A stretch of DNA of 64,000 nt from Hamiltosporidium tvaerminnensis FI-OER-3-3 (taxonomy: Eukaryota > Fungi > Microsporidia): the NCBI GenBank assembly GCA_022605425.2, contig JAKIMF020000005.1, positions 620,001 to 684,000 of the forward strand, in the 5' to 3' direction. Below the pieces are notes generated by a model. That model had not been told where the DNA came from. It saw only the letters and a list, made by a program, of their open reading frames with translations, and searched no databases. Shown here one piece after another: positions 49,101 to 58,900 of the stretch (positions are counted from its first letter, which is position 1; each line of letters starts with the position of its first letter). A program made the position numbers and the translations under genes.

Positions 49101-49985
49101 TCCTTCCAAGCGGATCTAGGCTTTTCTTTGCGTGTTGCCTCGTCATAGCATACCTGCGCAGCTTGCATGATATACGCGGCTTCCGTAATTGACTCAGGTA
49201 CATGAGCTCCTGCATATTCACCGACTACTCGATTAATGAGATCCATAACTTTACTATCAACCAATTCATTTGGATGTTTTCTAGTTCGGACCACCACTTT
49301 TCCAATTTCGTTCTCAGAGATTTCTTTGATTTTACTCAAGAATTTATCTCTCAGGTTTATGTACTCCGTGGTGTCGGTCAAGGTGCATGTATCAGCGAGA
49401 CAAGTGGCGATTCTACGTCGCTCTCCATTCTCTTCTGATTTTACATCCTTTCCCATCTCACTTTGTGCCAATTTTTTTAACACTTCGAGAGTTTCAGTGC
49501 AGCCGAATTTCTCATTATAGTACCTGTGAAGCTCTGTCCAGCCATTTCTTGGCATTCTTTCAAACCTTGTCTGTACTGCAAAAAAAACAATTCGAGGCCA
49601 TTCCTTCGGGTCGGCTGTTACGGAATCGAATATCGTCCGCAATGTCATTAGCCTGTTACCTTCCGGAATAGCTAGAGTACAGGGGCTTGTCATGTCGTAC
49701 GATGGCTCGCACGCAGAGACTTCAACCGAAGAGGGAACTGGTGCATTAGGCGAAGGTAAGGTGTCAAGCCCACTATTTTGCATTTTACTGCATGTTTGGC
49801 TTGGTGGTGGAGGTGTTATTGTTGTGTAGGAGGAGGAAGGTAGGGGAATCGCCGGTGGGTGTAGCTTACATTTTTGTATCTCACTATCACTCTTTTTCAC
49901 CTCATCAGCGTCGTTTGCAGCCTTTATTTTGGTATTATTCGATATTTCGCTGCTAACATTTTTCTTTCTACCCATTATTTTTTTC
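46166..49985 (-). mobile_element. Intact non-LTR retrotransposon, RT + restriction-like endonuclease (R4/Dong-like), with 15-bp TSD
   Basis: TSD ctgaaataataaaaa at 46151-46165 and 49986-50000; single ORF; GC visibly higher than flanks. Confidence 0.95.
46214..49975 (-). CDS. Retrotransposon polyprotein: Myb-like N-terminal region, reverse transcriptase, CCHC knuckle, PD-(D/E)xK endonuclease
   Basis: KAAGIDGI, YRPITC, DVKKAYDS, GILQGDSLSP, HLLFIDDLKL, YKYLG, LYLPR..GRGL, CQHC..HLATRC, RHN, RPDI, EVGIT, KLRKY. Confidence 0.97.
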   Translation of the reverse strand: MGRKKNVSSEISNNTKIKAANDADEVKKSDSEIQKCKLHPPAIPLPSSSYTTITPPPPSQTCSKMQNSGLDTLPSPNAPVPSSVEVSACEPSYDMTSPCTLAIPEGNRLMTLRTIFDSVTADPKEWPRIVFFAVQTRFERMPRNGWTELHRYYNEKFGCTETLEVLKKLAQSEMGKDVKSEENGERRRIATCLADTCTLTDTTEYINLRDKFLSKIKEISENEIGKVVVRTRKHPNELVDSKVMDLINRVVGEYAGAHVPESITEAAYIMQAAQVCYDEATRKEKPRSAWKENIESKISKLVLSKDLLEKARKQEKLSTSETKSLKKIMREFNLNLSSVTDLSEALVKKNESLNVYEKKITMHESRKQFRKENRMFELFRGRFYRGLSERVESEHVVSRDEIVSFWSTMWNKNDDTVTYDDYLIPFVSDNHPTTFPSLDEFVNIINWLPNWKAAGIDGIYNFFIKKLTTLHKYIYDIVKVICLEGTTQADWFYCGLTYLIPKGSPRRGSDYRPITCMSNLYKLTTKCVTKVVQIEVERRGLLAENQLGAVRGVQGAKEQALLNIALNKEYGNNLKATWIDVKKAYDSIDHAYLTQCIENLNLPDWILKFIKVIISKWKIDISVGPEKIMSKKIDRGILQGDSLSPLLFVLCMDPLSRKLNEKYTKVTVQTDAESHSTNHLLFIDDLKLLAKDSSTLSAMTGEAKEFLEVIGLEINKEKSATNDTCCEDTATLLEGVSVYKYLGIIEDSRGIPTRSSFEEVQSKLISRVERLCHTRLNAKNLFSAINQHAISLINYHIGVLRLEPADFSKLDEAVRAVLVKNKIHLCPGCKERLYLPRTELGRGLHSVELRSEHMLLQLLDCLEKSKEISTRRAAILKVENNNKTHLALIKGFLKVKYRLAEEVTKKSLEEAQLAKLYNEIEKRKLHSKLYNARKNELVSVSDSSRWLKRGNIRPRNEAVFCYIQDRNVFWGADGVCQHCGKSGKTVDHLATRCEKMLGHDYTRRHNEVVRCLHLLLLNRYKFKSSKRIRSHSVQEILDNEYAEIRVDTRIKTDVKIRNNRPDIFILDKKKNKITLIEVGITSQDSLQIVETEKLRKYDLLANELGLIYKCSVEIIPYVMTWDGIVTKYHKSHLKRLEIPMNVEAYIQSIVLKKTVETISFDRRRGLESGLNAEESWERASMGVIMRSEMHEEPIPPLKEAKTEEDGAKNFKPKYKAPFILQGGTTLEEPTNNINEESDLEEETKVVKEVEENM

Positions 49986-50019
49986 CTGAAATAATAAAAA
50001 AAATATCATTTATCAATAC

Positions 50020-50176
50020 ATTAGTAATTCTTTATTCTTTATTGTAAACAATTTAACAACTGAATATAAATTTATTGATATATTAGTAATTATTTATTCT
50101 TTATTCTTTATTGTAAACAACTTAATAAGAATATAAATTTATAGATATTTAGTAATTATTTATTCTTTATTCTTTC
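50020..50176. repeat. Imperfect AT-rich tandem repeat (~60-68 bp x ~2.4)
   Basis: ttagtaatt..tttattctttatt occurs three times; gtaaacaa..taa..gaatataaattta occurs twice. Confidence 0.8.
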
Positions 50177-50247
50177 AATGCATAATTTTTGATTTATTTA
50201 AATGCATAAAAACAAAAACTATTTAATAATTTTTTAGAAAAAAAAGC

Positions 50248-52632
50248 ATGAATAAAAATAATGAATTTTCTTTATTTGGAAATGAAATAAAAGATATGAA
50301 AAATAAATTAAAAAATACAAATTTAAATTTATTTTTTAATCTTTGTCCTGGATTTGATATAAATTTAATATTTGAAGAACTGAAATTTAATGGTAATAGA
50401 AATAAAAGTATTATTGTATTAGAAGAAAATGATTTTATGTGGTTTCTTAGAAATTTTGAAAATTCTAATTTGAAAAAAATAATAAATGAAACAAAAAACA
50501 GTGAATATATAAATAGAGACGAATCTAATGATTTAATTAGAATGAATATTAAAGATTTATATGATAAGTTTTTCGAAATTGATTTAGAAAGAATTGAAAT
50601 GTTTATTTTTATTAATTTTTCGTTTTTTAATTATTTTTATGAAAGTGTTTTATTTCAATTAAGAAAATTTAAGAGAATTATATATTTAGGATATTTTATG
50701 AAAGGTATTAGTGATATTTGTAGATGGTTTAGTAAGGATTCTTGTTTTATAAATATAGATATGTTAAGAAAATATAATTTAAAGGTAAAATCTTTTGAGG
50801 ATAGAAATAATGATTTTTTATTTGAAAATAGTCTTAATAATAAAATTATTGGTGAAATAAATTTGAATGAAAAAATATTAATTGTATGTTCTACATTTAA
50901 GAGTCAAGAAAAATGTTGTAAAGAAATTTATAAAAATTTAGAAAGTCTGGCCAATAATTTGGAGAATTTAGAAAATAAAAAATACATGAATTTAGAAAAT
51001 AAAAAAGATAAGAATTTAGAAACTAAAAAATACAAGAATTTAGAAACTGAAAAATACATGAATTTAGAAAATAAAAAATACATGAATTTAGAAAATAATA
51101 ACGTTAAAAATGATAGGAATTTAGGAACTGAAATTAAAAAATACATGAATTTTCGATTAGAAAATGTATTTTCAAAGAATATTTTTTATTATCATGGAAA
51201 ATTATCAAATGAAACTAAAATTTTTATAGAAAAAAAGATTAAAAATCTTTCTAATTATATAATTTGTTCTACTGCAAGTATTTTAAAGATTCAAAATTTA
51301 AAATTTGATAAAATTATTTTTAAATCCACGAAAAAATATACATGGGAAGGATATGTTGAATACAATAGAGAAGATATTATTTCATTAATGAATATTTTGT
51401 CGTATAAAACCAAAGGAAATATTATTTTATATACGAAATCAAACATGAAAAGTTATTATGACGAATTCATTGTAGGAAGAAATGTAACAAAAAGTTTTTT
51501 ATATTTAAATATCGAAAACTTCATATTATTTAATCTTAAAAATAAGCATTATTCAACCTTTAAAAATATTTGTGAAATATTTAAACGATCATATTTATTT
51601 TTTCATTTTGAAAAATATCAAAATATTTATTCAAATATAAAAAATATTGAATTAACAATTTATAAAACTTTAAAAGACTTGAATTCAGACCAAATAATTT
51701 TTTTAGAAAATTCTAGGAGTTTAAATAATGCAAAAATATTTTTAAAATCCTTTTTATTTACTACTTTAGATTATAAAACGATTAGAATGATTTTAGAATT
51801 CAAAGAAAATAATTTGAAAATCTATTTAAAATATTTTTGTACACCAAAAATATTTCAAGATTTAAATTTGGAAAAAATAAATACAACAGTTTTTAAGGAA
51901 ATAATTGATGGAAAAATGGAAAAAAGAAAAACTTTGGAAGAAAAATTTTATTTTTTAATTTATTTACTCATACATAAAAACCTTTTGGATTTAAAAGATC
52001 AAACAAAATTTTTTATAAGAATTATAGTTGAACATTTTGTAAAGATTATAAATATTTTTATATTTCTAAACAAAAGAACCTTAAAAATATTTTTTGTTAG
52101 AAATTTATTGACTATCAAAGCTAAATTATCATATTTTTTAGAAGACCAGCATATTAAAGTAAACACAAATTCAGAATTCAAAGAAAATTCATTAATTTTA
52201 AAAAATACATATTTTGAAATTATTTTAAATAAAAATATAGAAATAAAAATTTATGAATCTTTTCTTAAAACAGAAGATTTTACCGTTTTTATATCAAATG
52301 ATGTAAATTTTAAAATTAGAAATTGTAAAGGTGATTCATTATTTGAAAATATATATTTAAAAAATATTTCCGAATTATATTTACAATTTTATAAAACTCA
52401 TGCCTATAATATTTTCTTTCGAATCAATTTTAACAAAAAAGAAGCTGAAATTATAGATTCTTCGAAGTTTTATTTAGAAAATATTTTTTTCAAATATTCT
52501 TTTTCGAAAAATACAGCAAACCAAATCAAAAGCAAACAGGAAACCACAGAATATTTGGAAGAAGAAAATAACAATCTAAATATTCTCTATAAGACTGAAG
52601 ACTGTAAAGAAATAATTGTTAAAAAAATATGA
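50248..52632 (+). CDS. MER3/HFM1-like Ski2-family protein with degenerate helicase motifs
   Basis: ILIVCSTFK, YYHGKLS, IICST, IIFKSTKKYTWEGYVEYNREDI (cf. HFM1 VVIKSTMHYAGGLFEEYSETDI), VTKSFLYLNIENFI (cf. IESSLHRHLIEHL). Confidence 0.75.
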   Translation: MNKNNEFSLFGNEIKDMKNKLKNTNLNLFFNLCPGFDINLIFEELKFNGNRNKSIIVLEENDFMWFLRNFENSNLKKIINETKNSEYINRDESNDLIRMNIKDLYDKFFEIDLERIEMFIFINFSFFNYFYESVLFQLRKFKRIIYLGYFMKGISDICRWFSKDSCFINIDMLRKYNLKVKSFEDRNNDFLFENSLNNKIIGEINLNEKILIVCSTFKSQEKCCKEIYKNLESLANNLENLENKKYMNLENKKDKNLETKKYKNLETEKYMNLENKKYMNLENNNVKNDRNLGTEIKKYMNFRLENVFSKNIFYYHGKLSNETKIFIEKKIKNLSNYIICSTASILKIQNLKFDKIIFKSTKKYTWEGYVEYNREDIISLMNILSYKTKGNIILYTKSNMKSYYDEFIVGRNVTKSFLYLNIENFILFNLKNKHYSTFKNICEIFKRSYLFFHFEKYQNIYSNIKNIELTIYKTLKDLNSDQIIFLENSRSLNNAKIFLKSFLFTTLDYKTIRMILEFKENNLKIYLKYFCTPKIFQDLNLEKINTTVFKEIIDGKMEKRKTLEEKFYFLIYLLIHKNLLDLKDQTKFFIRIIVEHFVKIINIFIFLNKRTLKIFFVRNLLTIKAKLSYFLEDQHIKVNTNSEFKENSLILKNTYFEIILNKNIEIKIYESFLKTEDFTVFISNDVNFKIRNCKGDSLFENIYLKNISELYLQFYKTHAYNIFFRINFNKKEAEIIDSSKFYLENIFFKYSFSKNTANQIKSKQETTEYLEEENNNLNILYKTEDCKEIIVKKI
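50965..51150 (+). repeat. Coding 24-bp repeat (NLENKKYM) x ~6-7
   Basis: Variants of aatttagaaaataaaaaatacatg in tandem within the RecA2 region. Confidence 0.9.
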
Positions 52633-52847
52633 ATTTGAATTTATTCTACAAGAATAATCCAAATCTAAATGAAATAATAGTTAAAGAAAATATGAATCTG
52701 AGTGGAGCTTACAAGAAAAATCCAAATCTAAATGAAATAATAGTTAAAGAAAATATGAATCTGAGTGAAACTTACAAGAATAAACCAAATATAAATGAAA
52801 TAATAGTTAAAGAAAATATGAATTTGAGTGGAACTTACAAGAAAAAT
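52588..52847 (+). repeat. 63-bp tandem repeat x ~3.2 plus one degenerate unit
   Basis: tacaagaa.aa.ccaaat.taaatgaaataatagttaaagaaaatatgaat starts at 52647, 52710 and 52773, partial at 52836. Confidence 0.92.
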
Positions 52848-52922
52848 ATAACGAAAAAACTTAAAATAAAATCCGAAAAAGAATTTAAGAACTTAAAAAT
52901 ACAATTCTTTGAGCTTAATTAA
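52629..52922 (+). CDS. Probable frameshifted C-terminal tail of the MER3-like gene (21-aa repeats)
   Basis: Repeat unit EIIVKENMN spans the junction; the first unit lacks the G of aaaGaaaat, which shifts the frame. Confidence 0.6.
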   Translation: MNLNLFYKNNPNLNEIIVKENMNLSGAYKKNPNLNEIIVKENMNLSETYKNKPNINEIIVKENMNLSGTYKKNITKKLKIKSEKEFKNLKIQFFELN

Positions 52923-53129
52923 AAATTAGGTTAATCCAATAGCATTCGTTATTAAAAAAACATATTTAACTAATTATTTATTTAGTAAATACCAGTTTAT
53001 TCCTAAATATTTTGTACTAAAACATAATGTTTATAATAGTTATTAGGAACAAAAGGGTAATAATACTCAATAGTCAGGTTAAATAGTAAAGAAGTTTGCG
53101 ACTTGTTTTTTTAAAAATTCATTGGTACA

Positions 53130-53912
53130 ACTATTTAGACCGACACGATGAGGGACTACAATGGATAAGTATACTTTTACAAAAGATATAATTTAAATCT
53201 TCAAAACGAATTGAGCATCAGTTAATTCATGAAATTTTTGAAAATGAATATGCAGAGATAAGAGTGGACACCATGATGCTAACAGATATAAAATTTCGTA
53301 AAAATAGATCTGAAATATTTATTTTAGACAAAGACCCAATAAGATAACTCTCATTAATCTAAGAATCGCTTCAAATCGATAAAAAAGCAACCTAAGAAGC
53401 ATTACCAATTAGCTAAAGTGTTTAGTCTTATGTATAGAGTTGTACTAGGAGAATATTTTATGATATGGTCTGTTACGGATTGTGAAAAAACTATTCAAGA
53501 AATACTTTAAAAGTCTTCAAATACACATCAATATTGAGGCATATATACAATCCATAGTATTCAAGAAGACAGTCGAAACAATTTCTTTTGATCGACGAAG
53601 AGGACTTGAGTCTGGTCTAAATGCCGAAGAGAGCTGGGAGAGAGCATCATTAAGTGTTATTTTAGGAGCTGAGATGCATAAACAAACAATACCCCCTTTA
53701 AAGCAAGTAGACAACGAGGAAGTTGATGTTAAAACGAAAAATACAAAAAATATTTTACCTCTTATTTTGGACGGCATAACCACAGCAATGAAACCAATAA
53801 CAAAAAAAATGAAGAGTTGGAGTTTGAGGAAGAGATAGAAGTAGTTGAAATGGTGGAAAGAATTATTTAAAAGAAATATTTGTTAACCCAGAATTTTATT
53901 AAATAAAATATT
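53130..53912 (+). mobile_element. Older 5'-truncated copy of the RT-RLE retrotransposon
   Basis: aatgaatatgcagagataagagtggacacc; KKTVETISFDRRRGLESGLNAEESWERAS; 3' end ttaacccagaattttattaaataaaa; frameshifts upstream. Confidence 0.92.
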
Positions 53913-54682
53913 TATTAAAGCTTCAACTTTTTCAGCAATTTTATACTCATATATTTCTCGAAATAAAGACGAAGTTCATCTATCGTCTCTATAGTAAAAA
54001 GACTTTAATTTATATATCATAGATAAATTTATTAAAAAAAACATGGTCTATAAGCCCAATAAGCAGACTTACACTGTATTTTATTTTATTTTACTTCAGT
54101 GTTTGATTAATTTGTGTAAAATTGCTTTCTAATAGGTATTGAAATTCCTAGATAAAAATTTTTTGAAAAAAGCTAGTTTAAGACATGAGTTATATTGATT
54201 TAAAATATTTATGTCATCTTACTTTAATATTTTAGGATTTAAGCAAAAAAACCTATTTTATTGTATAGAATTCATAAAAATGAACTTATATTTCTTTAAA
54301 TATATTCCTAACGTATTTTCCCTCGAAATTTCATTCTAAGAACAATTATGTGTTCTTCTTATGTCACAAATTTCTCAATAAAGTTTCCATAAATAGTTCT
54401 AATTTTTTTAGCTAATACCTCTATGAAAGTTATCTAGCATGTTGAAAAAAATGTATCCTTATTTTTTAAATATAGTGATATTTATTATGCAATTATTCTG
54501 CATATATAGGTTTTTAAAGTTTCAGGAGCTTTAGAATGTTTTTAATACTACTATATGTATATGTATCAATAAAACCGATTAAGGAATTTATAGAAATATA
54601 ATTGAATAGAGTAGGAACTTTAAAAATTTAAATAAAACACTTTAAACTTTATTTATCACAGTAGAACATACTTATATAAAGG

Positions 54683-57169
54683 TTAATGACTAACAATTGA
54701 AAATGAATAATTGTCAAACATTTCTTTTAAAATCTCTTTGGTATGAACATCCAGATTATAATGTCTTAAACCCATTTCAAGCCTAAACTCAGGATTAAAA
54801 AAATCATATTTCACAAATTTTTCTCGGCCTACGGGCAGAAATGTATAGCATTCAATTTTTACTTCCGATAAATTTGAAAAACCAGCTAATCTTACAAGAT
54901 CATCAAAACAAATATTTCCTTCTGTTTCTACACTTAAAATATTCAAATTTTTTTTCATAGCAGCTAAACCTAAAATATTAAAATAGCAAAATAGAAAACA
55001 ATCGGTTGCAACCTTAAAATGTAAATATTTAAGTTTTTTACAATATCGGATCCTTTCAAAATCAGAAAAATACATATCAACACCCGAAAGATCTAACGAA
55101 ACCAACGAAGCAATCAACTGATCATTAAGAACATTTATCCATATTCCCTTCTCTATTTTAGATTTTGAAATACTAAGAGATTCTAAAACAGTGAATTTAG
55201 AAATAAAATCATAATTTTTCGAAGTTATATTATTTCTTGAAATATCCAAAGCCCTTAATGTATCAAACATCCGCAGATTTGGTAAATCATCCGTGTTTAA
55301 AGGAAGACTAGCAGAAAGATTAAGATACTTTAGATTCCGAAAATTATGTATTAAAGTCAGATTATCAACAGTTAGCGAATTGTCACTTAGATCGAGCGTT
55401 TTTACGGAACTATTAAAATAGCCTGTATTAAAAAAGAATAGTATATCACTAAAAACCCTTGACTCACATAAACTCAAAAAAGACACAGAATAGCCTCTAA
55501 GAAAACTCTTTAGATAATCAGTTGGAATATATTTATCCACCTGTAAATAATTCCATTTTCCTTGAAAAGCTACAACAGAAAGAGAAGAATTCGCTGGTAG
55601 AAATTCAAAGTTGCTTATATTTAACTTTTCGAGATTCATAGAGCGCAACAACAACTCTATCAGATCCACAGGAAGTCTAGACGACAAAACACTCAATGTT
55701 CTTAAATGTTCCATTATTTTATACTTAAAAATATGATTTTTTTCGAGTGACCAGACTGAATCATTACATATTGTACATGTATCTAAAACCAAAACCCTGA
55801 TTTTGGAACAAAGAATTATATTCGCATCATCTGATCTCATTTCCATATCACTTAGTTTGAAAATATTGAGATCAGGCATTTTTACTAAGAATTTTGTAAT
55901 TTTCTGGCATTCAACAGACAAACAATATGCCGCCTCCAAAAAAGACACTTTATTTTTCTCAAAAATGGTTTGAAACGTAGCAAAGCAAATATCAATATTT
56001 ACGAATCTTAAATATGTTATTCGTTGTTGATTTGCTTCGCTTAGATTTAAGAAAAATTCCGAGGGTACTGATTTTAACAAATTCGAAGACCTTATTGGTA
56101 CTTCGGCTCTAATAAAACCACACACATTTTGACATTTTATTGGGTTATAAGTATATTCAGTATCATCAAAATAGAAACCTTCGATTTTTGTAACAGTCAA
56201 CAACCAATTAAAAATTTGCATTTTATCATCAAATGCGGACATGAGCAATTCCAATGAGTAAGCAGATATTTTTAAAACAAGTCTCTCTATATTTTTTGCA
56301 TATCTAAAACACCGATCTATGTATTGACTCTTTTTTTGAAATAGTGAAAGAGTGGAAATATTTGGAATTAAACATGCGTCTAATGAATCGTTTAGGACAC
56401 TAAAAAAACTTAAAAACGATGTTTGCAGCCCTTTTTCGCTAAATAATCTGGTTTTATAGTCATAGAAGTCATTCAAAATATCGGCAGAACTAATAGAGTT
56501 TATTAATCCATTTTTATATAAAGCCAAATAAAATTTATCAAGATTCTCACAGCTAATTGGATCTAAAAGATCTAAAACTTTAATAAGCTTATAAAAAAGT
56601 TCATATGATAAATTTTCAGATAAAACAATCGAATCGTTTGATATATATCCAGCAAAAACGCCTAATAATTGATATGAAACATCAAACGAGCCATAAAATA
56701 GAAATGGTTTACCTGAATTTTTCGATAAATAGTCATTTAAGACACGAAATTTTACTTTCCAATCATCTTTATAATTCACCCTATATATATGCAACGGTTC
56801 ATGATTAAGAAAAGAACGGTTATGTGGGCAAACAAAAAATGCCGGATATATCCTATTCGCAGTAAATTGGTGCTTTCCAGAACAAAAGCTAAATCTATCA
56901 TTTTCATTCGAACGAGACAACCAATATTCTACCTTAGCAATTATTTCTCTTCCAATACTTTTCCTCCAGTTAATGTCTATTAATGCAAACTCTATTATAC
57001 CATTATTAGATTGGCATGCGCAATTTATTTCTTTCAAAAAACTTAAGCTATATAAAAATGCAAATAAAGCCCAATATCTCATTATCCACCTTTGAATTTT
57101 CAAACACAAATATTCTATATTTTTTGCAAAAAAGATGCTAAAAAATTGTAGGCTGATTAAAGAATACAT
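54683..57169 (-). CDS. Secreted BTB-like + LRR family protein, subfamily C (start may be Met30 at 57082)
   Basis: MRYWALFAFLYSLSFLKEINC is signal-like; canonical LRRs VKTLDLSDNSL, LKYLNLS, LRALDISRNNI, LESLSISKSKI, LVSLDLSGV. Confidence 0.88.
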   Translation of the reverse strand: MYSLISLQFFSIFFAKNIEYLCLKIQRWIMRYWALFAFLYSLSFLKEINCACQSNNGIIEFALIDINWRKSIGREIIAKVEYWLSRSNENDRFSFCSGKHQFTANRIYPAFFVCPHNRSFLNHEPLHIYRVNYKDDWKVKFRVLNDYLSKNSGKPFLFYGSFDVSYQLLGVFAGYISNDSIVLSENLSYELFYKLIKVLDLLDPISCENLDKFYLALYKNGLINSISSADILNDFYDYKTRLFSEKGLQTSFLSFFSVLNDSLDACLIPNISTLSLFQKKSQYIDRCFRYAKNIERLVLKISAYSLELLMSAFDDKMQIFNWLLTVTKIEGFYFDDTEYTYNPIKCQNVCGFIRAEVPIRSSNLLKSVPSEFFLNLSEANQQRITYLRFVNIDICFATFQTIFEKNKVSFLEAAYCLSVECQKITKFLVKMPDLNIFKLSDMEMRSDDANIILCSKIRVLVLDTCTICNDSVWSLEKNHIFKYKIMEHLRTLSVLSSRLPVDLIELLLRSMNLEKLNISNFEFLPANSSLSVVAFQGKWNYLQVDKYIPTDYLKSFLRGYSVSFLSLCESRVFSDILFFFNTGYFNSSVKTLDLSDNSLTVDNLTLIHNFRNLKYLNLSASLPLNTDDLPNLRMFDTLRALDISRNNITSKNYDFISKFTVLESLSISKSKIEKGIWINVLNDQLIASLVSLDLSGVDMYFSDFERIRYCKKLKYLHFKVATDCFLFCYFNILGLAAMKKNLNILSVETEGNICFDDLVRLAGFSNLSEVKIECYTFLPVGREKFVKYDFFNPEFRLEMGLRHYNLDVHTKEILKEMFDNYSFSIVSH

Positions 57170-57539
57170 GGATTGACATCATTTTTTTTCGTTGAATATT
57201 TTTTTTATTGTTTTTTATCTATAAATTATATGAATATTGATTAATTTGTTACCGAAATAATTTAAATAGCAAACCGCAGCTATTATATCACTCTAAATAG
57301 AACTATAAAATTCTAAGAACTTTATTTTTGTTTTAATATATCACCTTTTAATTTATTTAATTATTTATATTCATTTAAAGAAAAAAATGTCTAAGTCGAG
57401 GAAAAATTCAGACATAATTAGACCAAAAGCCAATTATAAATAGTAAGATTAAACACTTAATGCCTTAATATATAAATTTTAATCCAAAAAAATAAATTAA
57501 GAGTCATTTAGTTTAAAAATTTCTTAAAATGAGTATGCG

Positions 57540-58900
57540 AAATAAGATTAGACATTGTATAAGACCAATGTAAATTTAGAGCAATAGACAAATAAATTTA
57601 TTTTATACAAGAAACTAAATTGATAACTTTAGTTGAAATAGGAATCATCTTCTTAAGATTTATCTCAAATAATTAAAACGATGAAAATTAGGAAGTATGA
57701 ACTTATTAGTAAACAAATTATATCTTTTTTAGGGTATGACACACGAACATCTTGTAGTTCTCTATAAAACTTCACAATGGGCATAAACTACCAAAAAAAG
57801 AACCGAGAAACAGCAACTAAAGGCTTAGATATTAAATTTAAAAGCCTATAATACTTTATTTCATTTGCGGTTTTAGACCTGCCATAATATTATTTCTTGC
57901 ATAGAGATATTTTACCGTATTTCATACAACCCACTTTACCCCATGCTAAAACACCGCATCTAAAATTACTTAAAGTCCCAATTATGATATCCTATACTAT
58001 TATGTCTTACCTCGTTCTTAATTATACACCCCAGTTAGAATACATATTAAAAGTGTAACCCACCATAAAAGAGTAAAAAATTCTAATACTTCATTCTCTT
58101 TTATATTTCTGGAAGTGTAATTTCGAAGCTTAGGTGTTATTTGTCATTTTTTTTTCAATGATTTTCATACTTCAAATTGTTGATATTATACTGAGATTTC
58201 TTGGTTTTCGTCTAATTCGGTTGCTATCCACAAAAAAATCATGTATATACATTTTTTCAGAACATATGGGATTGAAGATGAAAAGATTTGCTGGATATTA
58301 AGTAGGCTAAAGGTAAAGTTTAGTAGAAGAATTTAATATGGGATGTTATAATAGATTATGTAAGGTCTTTATGAGATTTAAGTCATAGAGATTTATGCGT
58401 GGTATGGAACGGGAGTCTTACGGCAGGTCATCGCTATAAATGTAGTATTGATATAATTCCTTGTGTGATAATCTGGAAGGTTGTATTACAAAACACACTT
58501 GATGTATCTCAAAAAAATATAACTACCCATGAATATAAAGGCATAAATATAGTCCATCGTATTAAAAAAAGAATTCGAGACAATATCATTTGATCACCAA
58601 TAAGAATTTAGTGTAAACAAAATTTTAAACCGATTGGGTATAGGGCGTCATCAACTGTTATTGAGGAAGCCACAATCATACCTAACACCCCTTTAAATTA
58701 ATTAAAACGAGAAAGAAAGTGCTAAACAAATAAATTCGAAAAATAATGTAACCACTATTTTAAAGAGTTTATTAACTAAGCAAAATAGCCGAAAATAAAA
58801 TTCCAAGCTTGGAAATTAGAGGGAATAACACAGTGGTTCAGATATTTGAAAATAATATTTAAATGAGAGAAAGTGTTATAAACTGATTCTAATTAAATAA
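57540..58900 (+). mobile_element. Old RT-RLE 3' relic split by a ~700-bp unrelated insert
   Basis: 57540-57720 encodes remnants VEIGI and RKYELL. Homology resumes near 58430 with YKCSIDIIPCVIIW (cf. YKCSVEIIPYVMTW). Confidence 0.65.

Noticed and set aside
46218-49671. Short ORFs overlapping long genes (here and at 5087, 8020, 14214, 16145, 27872, 50928, 56605 and others)
   Set aside because: Antisense or alternate-frame shadows of real CDSs, with no independent evidence.
52615-52632. Programmed -1 frameshift at the A7 run
   Set aside because: No in-frame X XXY YYZ heptamer and no evident stimulatory structure; a single-base deletion explains it.
50248-52632. Inactive C-terminal cassette of Brr2 or ASCC3
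   Set aside because: Stand-alone single cassette, and spacing in KSTKKYTWEGYVEY..DI fits HFM1/Mer3 better. Not formally excluded without a profile search.
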